A DNA stretch of 64,000 nucleotides, from contig JAFDXO010000171.1 of NCBI GenBank assembly GCA_018267925.1, positions 1,084 through 65,083 of the forward strand, written 5' to 3'. Position numbers and translations under genes: made by a program. Numbering within the stretch: position 1 is the stretch's first letter; each line of letters starts with the position of its first letter. Of this stretch, positions 45,321 to 55,757 are shown piece by piece. This stretch comes from Bacteroidota bacterium (GTDB taxonomy: Bacteria; Bacteroidota; Bacteroidia; Chitinophagales; Chitinophagaceae). The notes beneath the pieces are model-generated. The model had not been told where the DNA came from, ran no database searches, and worked only from the letters and a program-made list of their open reading frames with translations.

Positions 45321-46205
45321 CTATTTTCGTAAAATTCTAATTTCTACACGCCTGTTGATGGAGGCTTCTTCTTCAGTTTGTTCATCGTCAATGATAGGAC
45401 GGCTACGACCATATCCAACGTATTTGATACGATTGGGTGAAATTCCCCTAGCCCGAAGCCACTCATAAATAAATCTTGCTCGGTTGATGGAAAGGTCTAT
45501 TTCGTGGCTGTCTAAATCTAAGGCATCAGGCATATTGGCTACACAGCATACATGCCCCTCGATTTGTATAGCCATTTCAGGGTTTTCATTCATTGCTCGA
45601 AGCAGCATATCTAAATCTTCGTAAGAATTTTGTTTGGGAAAATGCCTTCCCATCGGGAAATAAATATTTTTAAGAATAAACGTTTTACCGGTTGGAATAT
45701 TGGAAATGTCAAAATTCGGATCGCCGGTGGAAGGAGGTATAATCAATTTTTCCGATGGCTTCATATTGATATGAACATCTTTCGGCTTGCTTGCCTTCTG
45801 CACATACTCCATCACAATATCCACTCTTCGATCTTTAGGAATACCCTTCTTTTTTCCTGCTGTATCTATTCGTTTTACTTCTCCCTTACCAATCCACAAT
45901 TTAATGTTTTTGCTTTCCAAACCTGCTTGCAATAAGTAGTCGCGAACATTGGCTGCTCTTTTCCTTGAAAGAGTGAGGTTATATTCATCGGTGTTTAGAA
46001 AATCGGCATATCCAATTATTGAAATCGGGACATCTGTATGAATCTTATTGAAGTAGAGTAAGGAGTCAAGACGATCATGCGCTTCCCTATTTAGCTGGGC
46101 AATATCTAAATCAAAATAAACAGAAAAAGTGTCATTCTTCTTTTGTGCACATACGGCATCAATTTGCAGCCAAAGAAGGAAAAAAAAGAGAAACAAAGGC
46201 TTCAT
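45321..46205 (-). CDS. OmpA-family peptidoglycan-associated protein with two OmpA_C-like domains
   Basis: A signal peptide is followed by two copies of the N..LS..RA..V...L pattern, ending in NRRVEI. The first ATG is at 46205. Confidence 0.8.
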   Translation of the reverse strand: MKPLFLFFFLLWLQIDAVCAQKKNDTFSVYFDLDIAQLNREAHDRLDSLLYFNKIHTDVPISIIGYADFLNTDEYNLTLSRKRAANVRDYLLQAGLESKNIKLWIGKGEVKRIDTAGKKKGIPKDRRVDIVMEYVQKASKPKDVHINMKPSEKLIIPPSTGDPNFDISNIPTGKTFILKNIYFPMGRHFPKQNSYEDLDMLLRAMNENPEMAIQIEGHVCCVANMPDALDLDSHEIDLSINRARFIYEWLRARGISPNRIKYVGYGRSRPIIDDEQTEEEASINRRVEIRILRK

Positions 46206-46498
46206 CAAGACAATTTTCTTGATGACAAATTATTGAATGAAAATGGGATTGCATAATTTCATTGAACAGATAACGACAGTTAGGCAGCATTTAAAATAAA
46301 ACAAGAAAAAATTTCTGACTTGCAGATTGATTTTAGACGGATTGGCACAATGTTTTCAAAACAATGCGAAAAGTTGTCCGTTTTTTTTCAATGGTTAAAG
46401 AATTGTAACTCTCAATTGCATTGAATTATAGCCGTAAAATGTAAGCAGATGCTTTATTGATTGGCAACATCTATGCGTAAACCATAAAAACAAAAAAC

Positions 46499-49102
46499 AT
46501 GAATTTCAATAATTTTACAGTGAAAGCACAAGAGTTGATTGCTCAAGCTCAACAAACTGCATTCAACCATCAAAGCCCTAATATTGAAACAGCTCATTTG
46601 CTTAAAGCCTTACTGGAAGATGAAGAGGGTCCAATTCAATTTTTGCTGAAGAAAAATAATGTCAATATTGGCTTTATTACTAAAAAATTGGACGAACAAA
46701 TAGAACGATTACCAAAAGTTCAAAATGGTGAACCTGCACAAAGCATAAGCAGGGAACTAAATAACGTTATCCTTAGAGCCGGTTCTATTCTAAAAGAATT
46801 TGGAGATGAGTTTATTACACCCGAACATTTGCTCATTGGCATTTTGCAAGTGAACGATGAAGCCGGAAAACTATTGAAAGATGCAGGGCTAACTGAAAAA
46901 GGATTGATATCTGCTATCAAAGAGTTGCGTAAAGGTTCAACAGTAAACTCTCAAACTTCAGAACAGCAATATCAAGCATTACAACGCTACTCTAAAAACC
47001 TGAATGATCTGGCAAGGAACGGAAAACTTGATCCTGTAATTGGTCGTGATGAAGAAATACGACGCACCTTACATATTTTGTCCAGAAGGTCTAAAAATAA
47101 TCCTATCCTTGTGGGCGAACCGGGTGTAGGTAAAACTGCCATAGTCGAAGGTTTGGCGCATCGAATCATTAATGGTGATGTGCCGGAAAATTTAAAGAGT
47201 AAGCTGATATATGCGCTGGATATGGGATCCCTAATGGCCGGAGCAAAATATCGAGGCGAATTTGAAGAGCGACTCAAAGGAGTGATTAAAGAAGTCGCAG
47301 AAAGCAATGGAGAAATCATCTTGTTTATTGACGAGATTCACACCTTAATTGGTGCAGGAGCTATGGAAGGAGCCATGGATGCTGCAAATATTTTGAAACC
47401 CGCCTTAGCAAGAGGGGAACTACGAGCCATTGGAGCTACCACCCTCAATGAATATCAGAAATATTTCGAGAAGGATAAAGCACTTGAACGTCGCTTTCAA
47501 AAAGTATTGGTGGATGAACCAACACCGGAAGATGCTATTTCCATTTTGCGCGGATTGAAAGATCGTTATGAAAATCACCATCATGTCCGTATCAAAGATG
47601 AAGCAATCATTGCTGCAGTTGAACTTTCAAATCGCTATATAACTGATCGGTTTTTGCCCGATAAAGCAATTGACTTAATAGATGAAAGTGCCGCCAAACT
47701 CAAGCTGGAAATGAATTCTATGCCTGAAGAATTGGACGAATTAGAACGTCGAATCCGGCAATTAGAAATTGAACGGGAAGCCATTAAAAGAGAAAATGAT
47801 GAAGAGAAATTAAAAGCTCTTAGTCAAGAAATATCCTTGCTAAATGTGCAACGAGATACACTGAAAGCAAAGTGGCTTGATGAAAAGGAAATAGTGGAGC
47901 AGATCAACAAATCAAAAGCTAACATTGAAAACCTAAAAACGGAAGCCGAAAAAGCAGAGCGAGAAGGCGATTATGGTAAAGTAGCTGAAATTCGTTATGG
48001 AAAAATAAAAGAAGAAGAACAACATATAGCCGAGAGCTCTGCAAAACTCCACTCAATGGATGCACAACACAAGCGTTTGTTGAAAGAAGAAGTAGATGCC
48101 GAAGATATTGCCGAAAATGTAGCCAAAGCAACCGGTATTCCGGTGCAAAGAATGATGCAAAGCGAACGGGAAAAATTATTGAACATGGAAGATGAACTAC
48201 ATAAACGTGTCATTGGACAAGACGAGGCTATTGTAGCTGTGGCAGATGCTATTCGACGCGGGCGTGCCGGATTGCAAGACCCACGAAAGCCCATCGGCTC
48301 ATTCATATTTTTAGGAACCACAGGAGTAGGAAAAACAGAGCTGGCCAAAGCTTTAGCCGAAGTATTGTTTGATGATGAACACATGATGACCCGTATTGAC
48401 ATGAGCGAATATCAAGAAAAACACAGCGTAAGCCGACTGGTTGGCGCACCTCCGGGGTATGTAGGCTATGATGAAGGCGGACAATTAACTGAAGCCGTTA
48501 GAAGAAAACCATACTCTGTAATTCTACTCGATGAAATTGAAAAGGCTCATCCCGATACTTTCAATGTACTATTGCAAGTCTTAGATGATGGAAGACTTAC
48601 CGACAACAAAGGAAGAGTGGTTAATTTTAAAAATACCATCATCATCATGACTTCAAATATGGGTTCTCAGATCATTCAAGAAAACTTTGCAAACCTTGAA
48701 GGGAAAAACATTGAAGACGTAGTAGAGGCAACCAAAGAAGAAGTGATGACCTTGCTAAAAGAAACAATGCGCCCCGAATTCTTAAACCGCGTAGATGATA
48801 TCATCATGTTTCAACCCTTGTTGCGAAAAGAAATTAAAGGAATTATCAAAATTCAATTAGAAATTCTTCAAAAACAATTGATGGAACAAGGAATTGATCT
48901 TCAATTCACAGACTATGTGTTGGATTATTTGTCTCAGCGAGGATTTGATCCACAATATGGTGCCAGACCACTAAAACGCTTAATTCAAAAAGATATCATC
49001 AACCTTTTAAGCAAAAAAATAATTGCAGGTGAAATTCATAAAGCAACACCGGTACTAATAGATGTTTTTGATGGAGTGGTGGTCATCAGAAATGAAAAAT
49101 AG
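46499..49102 (+). CDS. clpB: ATP-dependent chaperone ClpB
   Basis: Clp_N repeats, two AAA+ modules (GEPGVGKT and GTTGVGKT) and a long coiled-coil M-domain between them. Confidence 0.97.
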   Translation: MNFNNFTVKAQELIAQAQQTAFNHQSPNIETAHLLKALLEDEEGPIQFLLKKNNVNIGFITKKLDEQIERLPKVQNGEPAQSISRELNNVILRAGSILKEFGDEFITPEHLLIGILQVNDEAGKLLKDAGLTEKGLISAIKELRKGSTVNSQTSEQQYQALQRYSKNLNDLARNGKLDPVIGRDEEIRRTLHILSRRSKNNPILVGEPGVGKTAIVEGLAHRIINGDVPENLKSKLIYALDMGSLMAGAKYRGEFEERLKGVIKEVAESNGEIILFIDEIHTLIGAGAMEGAMDAANILKPALARGELRAIGATTLNEYQKYFEKDKALERRFQKVLVDEPTPEDAISILRGLKDRYENHHHVRIKDEAIIAAVELSNRYITDRFLPDKAIDLIDESAAKLKLEMNSMPEELDELERRIRQLEIEREAIKRENDEEKLKALSQEISLLNVQRDTLKAKWLDEKEIVEQINKSKANIENLKTEAEKAEREGDYGKVAEIRYGKIKEEEQHIAESSAKLHSMDAQHKRLLKEEVDAEDIAENVAKATGIPVQRMMQSEREKLLNMEDELHKRVIGQDEAIVAVADAIRRGRAGLQDPRKPIGSFIFLGTTGVGKTELAKALAEVLFDDEHMMTRIDMSEYQEKHSVSRLVGAPPGYVGYDEGGQLTEAVRRKPYSVILLDEIEKAHPDTFNVLLQVLDDGRLTDNKGRVVNFKNTIIIMTSNMGSQIIQENFANLEGKNIEDVVEATKEEVMTLLKETMRPEFLNRVDDIIMFQPLLRKEIKGIIKIQLEILQKQLMEQGIDLQFTDYVLDYLSQRGFDPQYGARPLKRLIQKDIINLLSKKIIAGEIHKATPVLIDVFDGVVVIRNEK

Positions 49103-49200
49103 CCGGTTTTCTCTTAAAAAAATTTAAAAAACAACTGACTATTTACTTTTTATGAAAATAAGTCAATAACTTGAACAACGAAAAAAAATTCCTTTCTAAA

Positions 49201-49566
49201 ATGAAAAAAATTGCGTTTGTAATAATGGCTGTTTCAAGCTTGTCTTTTATAGCTCATGCTCAAGATGCAAAGCCTATTAAGAACACAGGAAAAGTAGTAG
49301 CAGAAGCAGATCGAGCAACCATTGAACAAGAAGCGATAAAGGAAACAGAACAATTAGGAAAATTGATAGACTTAACACCCAATCAGAAAGGAGCTATTTT
49401 AAATGTAAATCGGAATTTAGCTGAACGAAAAGATTATCTGAATCGCACCGGAAATACCAATGAACGTACCTTGCGTGAATTGGATAACGCTAAATTAAAC
49501 ATGTATGGAAATATTTTGAATGGCGAGCAAATGACAAAATTGAAAGAATTAATGCGCAAAAGATAA
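49201..49566 (+). CDS. small secreted helical protein with LTxxQ-like motif (Spy/CpxP-like, tentative)
   Basis: A signal peptide (MKKIAFVIMAVSSLSFIAHAQ) and an LTPNQ motif. It is a paralog of the next ORF. Confidence 0.55.
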   Translation: MKKIAFVIMAVSSLSFIAHAQDAKPIKNTGKVVAEADRATIEQEAIKETEQLGKLIDLTPNQKGAILNVNRNLAERKDYLNRTGNTNERTLRELDNAKLNMYGNILNGEQMTKLKELMRKR

Positions 49567-49654
49567 ATTCAAACCCCCAACCAAATTTTTGTTGTTTATG
49601 TCTTTTGTAATAAGCAACTTTGTTTTCTCTAAATAATCGAAAAGTCAATATCAA

Positions 49655-50008
49655 ATGAAAAAGATCGCGTTAGCATTAACACTTCTTCTTGGCGCGGCCA
49701 TGACCAATGCCCAAGATTTGCCTCGCTTTGCACAACCACAGAATGAAGCTGAAAAGCCTTATGTTGAAAGGGCAATTGCAGATGCGAACAAAATGAAATC
49801 AACTTTACATTTGGATAAACGCCAATTTGAAACCGTCTTAGAAATAAATTGTTCTGCCGAAAGAAGATCCATGAGTGTTATTAATGCCAATCCTCAAGAC
49901 AAACAAGCACAGTTAGCTGAAATTGAAAACTGGCGTTGGAAAATGTATGAGGGTTATGTTGAACCCGGAAAATTAGACAAGTATAAACGCGGTCTTGAGA
50001 AAAAATAA
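49655..50008 (+). CDS. small secreted helical protein, paralog of 49201-49566
   Basis: It has a signal peptide and the same architecture: L[TD]..Q ... N...AER ... MY ... K.K. Confidence 0.55.
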   Translation: MKKIALALTLLLGAAMTNAQDLPRFAQPQNEAEKPYVERAIADANKMKSTLHLDKRQFETVLEINCSAERRSMSVINANPQDKQAQLAEIENWRWKMYEGYVEPGKLDKYKRGLEKK

Positions 50009-50155
50009 TTTTCTCAATTGAACTAAGGTTAAATGAATATCTATCTGATTGCGTTTTTTCAATCCGGTAGATATTCTTCTTTTATAGCCAATACACAGCA
50101 TCAATGTACTTTTGCAGGCACTGAAAAGTTGCCTGTTTTTTTATCAGATTTTCCT

Positions 50156-50503
50156 ATGCGTACAATCTTATGTTTGCTGATTTCAAACTGCTTTATGACC
50201 TATGCCTGGTATGGACACCTGAAAAAAGATACTTCTAATATTCCTTTGCTAAAATTAGTTTTACTGAGTTGGGCCGTTGCCTTTTTTGAATACCTATTTA
50301 TGGTGCCGGCCAACAATCGTTTTGGTTTAAAAGATGGCTTTTCTCCCTTTCAATTAAAAACAATTCAAGAAGTAATTTCTCTCGTTATTTTCTGCTTGTT
50401 TGCCGTGCTTTTTTTAAAAGAGCCACTCCGTTGGAATTATATAGTTGCCTTTCTCTTCATTTTTGGTGCTGTTTATTTCATGTTTTACCAAAAGCCATCT
50501 TAG
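50156..50503 (+). CDS. DMT-superfamily small membrane protein (DUF486-like)
   Basis: MRTILCLLISNCFMTYAWYGHLK is typical of the DUF486 N-terminus. A TACTTTTG box at 50107-50114 supports the internal ATG. Confidence 0.7.
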   Translation: MRTILCLLISNCFMTYAWYGHLKKDTSNIPLLKLVLLSWAVAFFEYLFMVPANNRFGLKDGFSPFQLKTIQEVISLVIFCLFAVLFLKEPLRWNYIVAFLFIFGAVYFMFYQKPS

Positions 50504-51765
50504 TTTGTTCGCTCAATATCTTCCAATTTGAATTTTCGGATTGAAGGTGCTACTATCCAAGTAATACCTACTACTACTAATGTCATGCAACCACCAAACA
50601 CTACAGCTGGAATGGTTCCCATCCACTTTGCCGTTAAGCCGCTTTCTACTTCACCAATTTCATTACTTGATGAAATAAACATCGTGTTTACGGCAGACAC
50701 TCTTCCTTTCATCTCATCCGGAGTATAAAGCTGCAAAATAGTGCTTCTTACCACTACGCTTACTGCATCCAACATGCCACTTAGAACTAATGCACCAAAT
50801 GAAACATAGGCATTTTTCGATAGCCCAAACACAATCATACAAACCCCAAAACCCAATATGCTGATTAATAATTTTCTGCCCGGATGTCGTCGCAGTGGCA
50901 GCCAAGCTAAGCCCATAAACATTAAAATAGCTCCAATGCCCGGTGCTGCTCGAAGCCAACCATATCCCACTTCGCCTATGTTTAAAATATCTCTTGCGTA
51001 TGCAGGCAAAAGAGCAGTTGCCCCACCAAATAAAACAGCAAACATATCTAATGCTAATGCTGCCAAAATAATTTGAGTTCCGAAAACAAATTGTAGCCCC
51101 TGACTTAAACTTTTAAACACAGGTTCTTTTTCCTTTTTTATGATTGCTTGTCGTGGAACGGTAAGGATAGCTATCAACGCCAATATTTCAATTAGAAGAA
51201 CCACCCAAAGACTTTTGGATACTGACATCAAAGCTATCAATACACCGCCGGTTAATGGTCCTACTACGGCACCCGTTTGCCAAGATGTAGAGCTCCATGT
51301 AGCTGCATTGGCTAACCTTTTTCTGGGAACCAATAACCCTAATAAAGAAAAAGAAGAAGGACTAAGAAAGGCACGTATCGCACCGTTGATAAAAAAGCCG
51401 GCATACACACAATCTGTTATGCTATGAACAGACCACATCTTTCTTTCAGAAAGGGTTATTAATGCTACATAGCCCGCCGTCAGTATAACATAACTGATAG
51501 TACATATAACTAAAATGGTTCGTTTTTCTCTACGCTCCACCAAGTGCCCTGAAAACAACGAAAAACAAATAGCCGGAATAGCTTCAAACAAACCTAATTT
51601 CCCAATTGACCAAACATCATTGGTGATGGTATAAAGCCAATAAACCAGAATGGTATTTTGAATGAAAAGAGCAAGGATGATGGAGAAACGCTGACTAAGA
51701 TATCGTCTAAATAAGCTATGATGTAACGATTTGTTTTTGATCAGAAACTTTAAAGCAAAATTCAA
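50500..51765 (-). CDS. MFS transporter
   Basis: About 12 hydrophobic segments in a 421-aa ORF. The only in-frame start near the N-terminus is TTG at 51765. Confidence 0.8.
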   Translation of the reverse strand: MNFALKFLIKNKSLHHSLFRRYLSQRFSIILALFIQNTILVYWLYTITNDVWSIGKLGLFEAIPAICFSLFSGHLVERREKRTILVICTISYVILTAGYVALITLSERKMWSVHSITDCVYAGFFINGAIRAFLSPSSFSLLGLLVPRKRLANAATWSSTSWQTGAVVGPLTGGVLIALMSVSKSLWVVLLIEILALIAILTVPRQAIIKKEKEPVFKSLSQGLQFVFGTQIILAALALDMFAVLFGGATALLPAYARDILNIGEVGYGWLRAAPGIGAILMFMGLAWLPLRRHPGRKLLISILGFGVCMIVFGLSKNAYVSFGALVLSGMLDAVSVVVRSTILQLYTPDEMKGRVSAVNTMFISSSNEIGEVESGLTAKWMGTIPAVVFGGCMTLVVVGITWIVAPSIRKFKLEDIERTN

Positions 51766-51893
51766 AACCGGTTTTTATTTACAAATGTAACCGTGATTTT
51801 ATTCCAATAAATATTTCAATAGGCAACATGTAAATCTATATTTCGCCTATTTTTTGATAACACTATTTAAACCTTCTACTTAAATTTGTTGCT

Positions 51894-53150
51894 ATGCTTT
51901 TTCACAGGCACATTTTCAAGACTAGTATCCTTCAAGCCTTTCAGGAATTAGCTGTCAATAAACTACGAACCTTTCTTTCTCTTTTAGGTATCACTATTGG
52001 CATTTTCTGCATTATAGCTGTATTGACCGTGGTTGATAGCATGAAAAACAACATTAAAAAGGAGATGAATTCATTAGGTAGCGATGTTTTGTACGTAGGA
52101 CGTTGGCCTTGGATGGATGAAGGTGGAGAATATAAATGGTGGGAATTTTGGCGGCGTCCCAGCATGACCATAAATGAACTTCGTGTGGTAGAAAAAAACG
52201 TGCCATCGGCGGCACTTTCCACCCTTTGTCTGAATGTAAATGGTCAGAATTTAAAACGAAATAGCAATGAAATTTCTGGCATTAGTGTATATGCTACCAC
52301 TGAAAATTTTGATAAGCTTCAAAATATTGAAATTGAAATCGGACGTTATCTGAGCATAGCGGAATTGTCTGGTGGCGCGGGCGTTTGTGTGTTGGGCTAT
52401 GATGCATACCGACAACTTTTTCCGGGAAATACAAACCCAATAGGAGAAACAGTATCCTTACAGGGAAAACATCTTAAAGTAGTAGGTGTAATGAAAAAGG
52501 TAGGGCAGAACATGGCAGGATTTGATTTTGATGACGGAATGATTATACCCTATTTCGCTGCAGAATCTATTTTTGATGTGAAATCACTAAACTACGATCC
52601 TTTCTTGATTGTAAAAGCGAGAAACGGTATCAACACTTCTGATTTGAAATATGAAGTTGAGGGTGCTTTGCGTCAGGCCAGAAAGGTGAAACCCGGTGTC
52701 AACAATAATTTTGCCATTAACCAACTTAGTCAAATTACCGAACGACTTGATCTGCTGTTTGGAACAATTAATATCATTGGTTGGGTAATTGCCGGATTTT
52801 CGCTGTTAGTAGGTGGTTTTGGGATTGCAAACATTATGTTTGTTACCGTAAAAGAGCGAACTAAAATTATCGGATTAAAAAAAGCTATAGGAGCACGTTC
52901 TGCCAGCATCTTATTAGAGTTTTTGGTAGAAGCCGTAGCACTTTGTTTGACCGGTGGTTTACTGGGTATAATTGCCGTGTTTATCTTGAGTTTATTAATG
53001 ACCTACGGTTTTGATTATCCGATCATTCTCTCAATAAAAAACTTTATGATTGGCATGGGGGTTTCTATTTTCGTTGGGTTAGTTGCCGGAATTGTACCGG
53101 CAAATGCAGCAGCAAAATTAGATCCCGTAGTAGCCATTCGTTCCCATTAA
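51894..53150 (+). CDS. ABC transporter permease, MacB/FtsX type
   Basis: An N-terminal TM (NKLRTFLSLLGITIGI) is followed by a large periplasmic domain and a C-terminal FtsX 3-TM bundle. A TAAATTTG box lies 5 nt upstream of the ATG. Confidence 0.85.
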   Translation: MLFHRHIFKTSILQAFQELAVNKLRTFLSLLGITIGIFCIIAVLTVVDSMKNNIKKEMNSLGSDVLYVGRWPWMDEGGEYKWWEFWRRPSMTINELRVVEKNVPSAALSTLCLNVNGQNLKRNSNEISGISVYATTENFDKLQNIEIEIGRYLSIAELSGGAGVCVLGYDAYRQLFPGNTNPIGETVSLQGKHLKVVGVMKKVGQNMAGFDFDDGMIIPYFAAESIFDVKSLNYDPFLIVKARNGINTSDLKYEVEGALRQARKVKPGVNNNFAINQLSQITERLDLLFGTINIIGWVIAGFSLLVGGFGIANIMFVTVKERTKIIGLKKAIGARSASILLEFLVEAVALCLTGGLLGIIAVFILSLLMTYGFDYPIILSIKNFMIGMGVSIFVGLVAGIVPANAAAKLDPVVAIRSH

Positions 53151-53159
53151 AATAGTTTC

Positions 53160-53657
53160 ATGGACAGCAAAATTTTAATCCTTGATAAAGAGCGTATCCA
53201 AAGAAAATTAAGACGTATGGCTTATGAAATTTGGGAACGACATTGCAAAGAAACTACTTTACATTTCGTAGCGGTAGAAGGTACGGGAACTCATGTAGCA
53301 CACCAATTGGCTAATCATTTGACGGAAATCAGTCCGTTAAAAATTCATTTTCATTCATTGCCAATTGATAAGCGAAATCCATTAGCACATACATCTCAGT
53401 TCTCAGAAAATCTGAACGATAAGCCGGTTGTGCTGATTGATGATGTGGCAAATAGTGGAAAAACCTTGTTGTATGCAATGAAACCACTACTGACATTCAT
53501 GCCTAAAAGCATCATCATTGCTGTTTTGGTTGACAGAAAACACAAATCATTTCCAGTTTCCCCCGATATTGTAGGTCATACGGTAGCTACAACCTTGCAA
53601 GACCATATTGAAGTGGTGTGTGATGGAGATGAAATTAAAGGTGCTTATTTACAATAA
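53160..53657 (+). CDS. phosphoribosyltransferase family protein (PyrR-like)
   Basis: The PRPP-binding loop is VVLIDDVANSGKTL, and the 165-aa length fits. Confidence 0.7.
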   Translation: MDSKILILDKERIQRKLRRMAYEIWERHCKETTLHFVAVEGTGTHVAHQLANHLTEISPLKIHFHSLPIDKRNPLAHTSQFSENLNDKPVVLIDDVANSGKTLLYAMKPLLTFMPKSIIIAVLVDRKHKSFPVSPDIVGHTVATTLQDHIEVVCDGDEIKGAYLQ

Positions 53658-53687
53658 TTTTCAAAACAATTAGCCAAACCGGAAGAA

Positions 53688-54653
53688 ATGAATAAGAAGA
53701 AGACAACACTTTGCATACACGGAGGTGCCGGAAATATCAACCCATCCATGATGAATGCAGAACAAGAAAAAAGCTACAGACAATCGCTAAAAGAGGCTTT
53801 ACATGCTGGATACAGCATTTTAGAAAAGGGTGGTGCAGCTATGGATGCGGTTGTGGCTGCTATCAGTTCATTAGAAGACAACCCTCTGTTCAATGCAGGA
53901 AGAGGATCCGTATTTACCAAAAAAGGATTGCATGAAATGGATGCTGCTGTGATGGACGGAAGCAATCTGGCAGCAGGAGCTGTAGCCGGTGTACGAAACA
54001 TTAAAAACCCAATCGTGTTAGCACGAGAAATCATGCTTCATTCGGGTCATGTTTTTTTAAGCGGAAAAGGAGCAGGCGAATTTGCTTTAAATCGAAAATT
54101 GGAATTTGCCCCCGATGATTATTTTTTCAATAAAGAACGATATGATCAATGGATAGCTATTCGCGATAGCGACTTTTATCAACTCGATCATAAGGATGAT
54201 AATCTAAAAGGTATTCCAGTAAATACAGATCATAAATTTGGAACAGTAGGTGCGGTGGCTTGTGATGTAAGCGGAAATCTTGCTGCAGGCACCTCAACCG
54301 GTGGCATGACCAATAAGCGTTTCGGTAGAATTGGCGATAGCCCTGTTATAGGCTCAGGAACTTATGCCAACAATAAAACTTGTGCAATTTCTTGCACCGG
54401 TCATGGTGAGTTTTTCCTTCGTTCTGTTGTAGCTTATGATGTTTCTTGTATGATGGAGTACAAGGGTTTCTCCCTTCAACAAGCATGTGATGAAGTGGTG
54501 CAGCACAAACTCAAAAAATTGGGAGGTGAAGGCGGACTGATTTCAGTAGATGCTTGGGGCAACTATTATTTCTCTTTCAATTCCTCCGGCATGTATCGTG
54601 CCATGCGAAACAGTGAGGGAAATGAAGAAGTTGCTTTTTATGGAAAACCTTAA
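53688..54653 (+). CDS. iaaA: isoaspartyl peptidase / L-asparaginase (Ntn hydrolase)
   Basis: HGGAG, the autoprocessing site GTVGAVA, and GTSTGG. Confidence 0.9.
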   Translation: MNKKKTTLCIHGGAGNINPSMMNAEQEKSYRQSLKEALHAGYSILEKGGAAMDAVVAAISSLEDNPLFNAGRGSVFTKKGLHEMDAAVMDGSNLAAGAVAGVRNIKNPIVLAREIMLHSGHVFLSGKGAGEFALNRKLEFAPDDYFFNKERYDQWIAIRDSDFYQLDHKDDNLKGIPVNTDHKFGTVGAVACDVSGNLAAGTSTGGMTNKRFGRIGDSPVIGSGTYANNKTCAISCTGHGEFFLRSVVAYDVSCMMEYKGFSLQQACDEVVQHKLKKLGGEGGLISVDAWGNYYFSFNSSGMYRAMRNSEGNEEVAFYGKP

Positions 54654-54719
54654 TCGCCCCAATAATTTCATTTTATAATCGCCCAAATTTTCTTCAATCC
54701 TTTTATTACTTTAGCAATC

Positions 54720-55757
54720 ATGGAAAAAAAACAACGTAAACCGGTTTATTATAGTGAGTATTTGCAGCTTGATAAATTATTAAATGCCCAAGCACCGGAA
54801 AGTGCCAAAGAAGGAATCAGGGCAGATGATGAAATGCTTTTTATTATCATTCACCAAGCTTATGAACTTTGGTTTAAGCAAGTATTGCACGAGCTAAATA
54901 TAATCCGCAATGTATTTAAGCAGCCTAATATTCCCAACAATAGCCCCGATGTGTATAATTGTGTACATCGCCTGAAAAGAATTTGCACCATTTTAGAATT
55001 GGGTGTCAATCAACTTGCAGTTATTGAAACAATGACTCCGCTTGATTTTTTGGACTTTAGAGATTTGCTTCGCCCGGCCTCCGGTTTTCAAAGTATCCAG
55101 TTTAAGATGATTGAAGCTTCGCTTGGTCTAAAATTTCAAAAACGACATGGACAACAATACTATCTTTCTCAACTGACACCTGAAGATGTAGAACGAGTGA
55201 AGAATGTAGAAGCAGAAGAAAGTTTGGTCATCTTGATAAATCGTTGGTTAGAGCGTATGCCTTTTATCAAGTCTAAAAATTATTGGAAGAATGAACAAGG
55301 CGATACACCATTTTGGAAAATTTATAGAGATGCCTATGCAGATAGTTTGCAAGAAGGTGAAATGAATAACCTGGAAAATTTTGACAAATTATTTATGGGC
55401 GGCGAAGCCTATTCAACCGAGCGAAACTTTAGTGCTGATGCAAACAGAAATGCTTTGTTTATCATGCTCTACCGTGATTACCCTTTGCTTCACTTGCCTT
55501 ATGAACTACTTGCCATGTTGTTGGAAGTAGATGAAATGTTGAGCCTGTGGCGACATAGACATATCCACATGGTGCAACGTACTATTGGAAAACGAGCAGG
55601 AACTGGCGGAAGTAGTGGTGCCGAATATCTAAAAGCCGCAGCAGACAGCCACTATATTTTCAGCGAAGTGGCAGAGCTAACTTCCTTTTTATTACCTCGA
55701 CACATGTTACCGGAATTGCCGGAAGCATTGGTGCGCGACCTTAGTTACAACCATTGA
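54720..55757 (+). CDS. kynA: tryptophan 2,3-dioxygenase
   Basis: YSEYLQLDKLL..Q, DEMLFI..HQ.YELWFKQ, and W+.RH..MV.R.IG...GTGGSSG. Confidence 0.9.
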   Translation: MEKKQRKPVYYSEYLQLDKLLNAQAPESAKEGIRADDEMLFIIIHQAYELWFKQVLHELNIIRNVFKQPNIPNNSPDVYNCVHRLKRICTILELGVNQLAVIETMTPLDFLDFRDLLRPASGFQSIQFKMIEASLGLKFQKRHGQQYYLSQLTPEDVERVKNVEAEESLVILINRWLERMPFIKSKNYWKNEQGDTPFWKIYRDAYADSLQEGEMNNLENFDKLFMGGEAYSTERNFSADANRNALFIMLYRDYPLLHLPYELLAMLLEVDEMLSLWRHRHIHMVQRTIGKRAGTGGSSGAEYLKAAADSHYIFSEVAELTSFLLPRHMLPELPEALVRDLSYNH

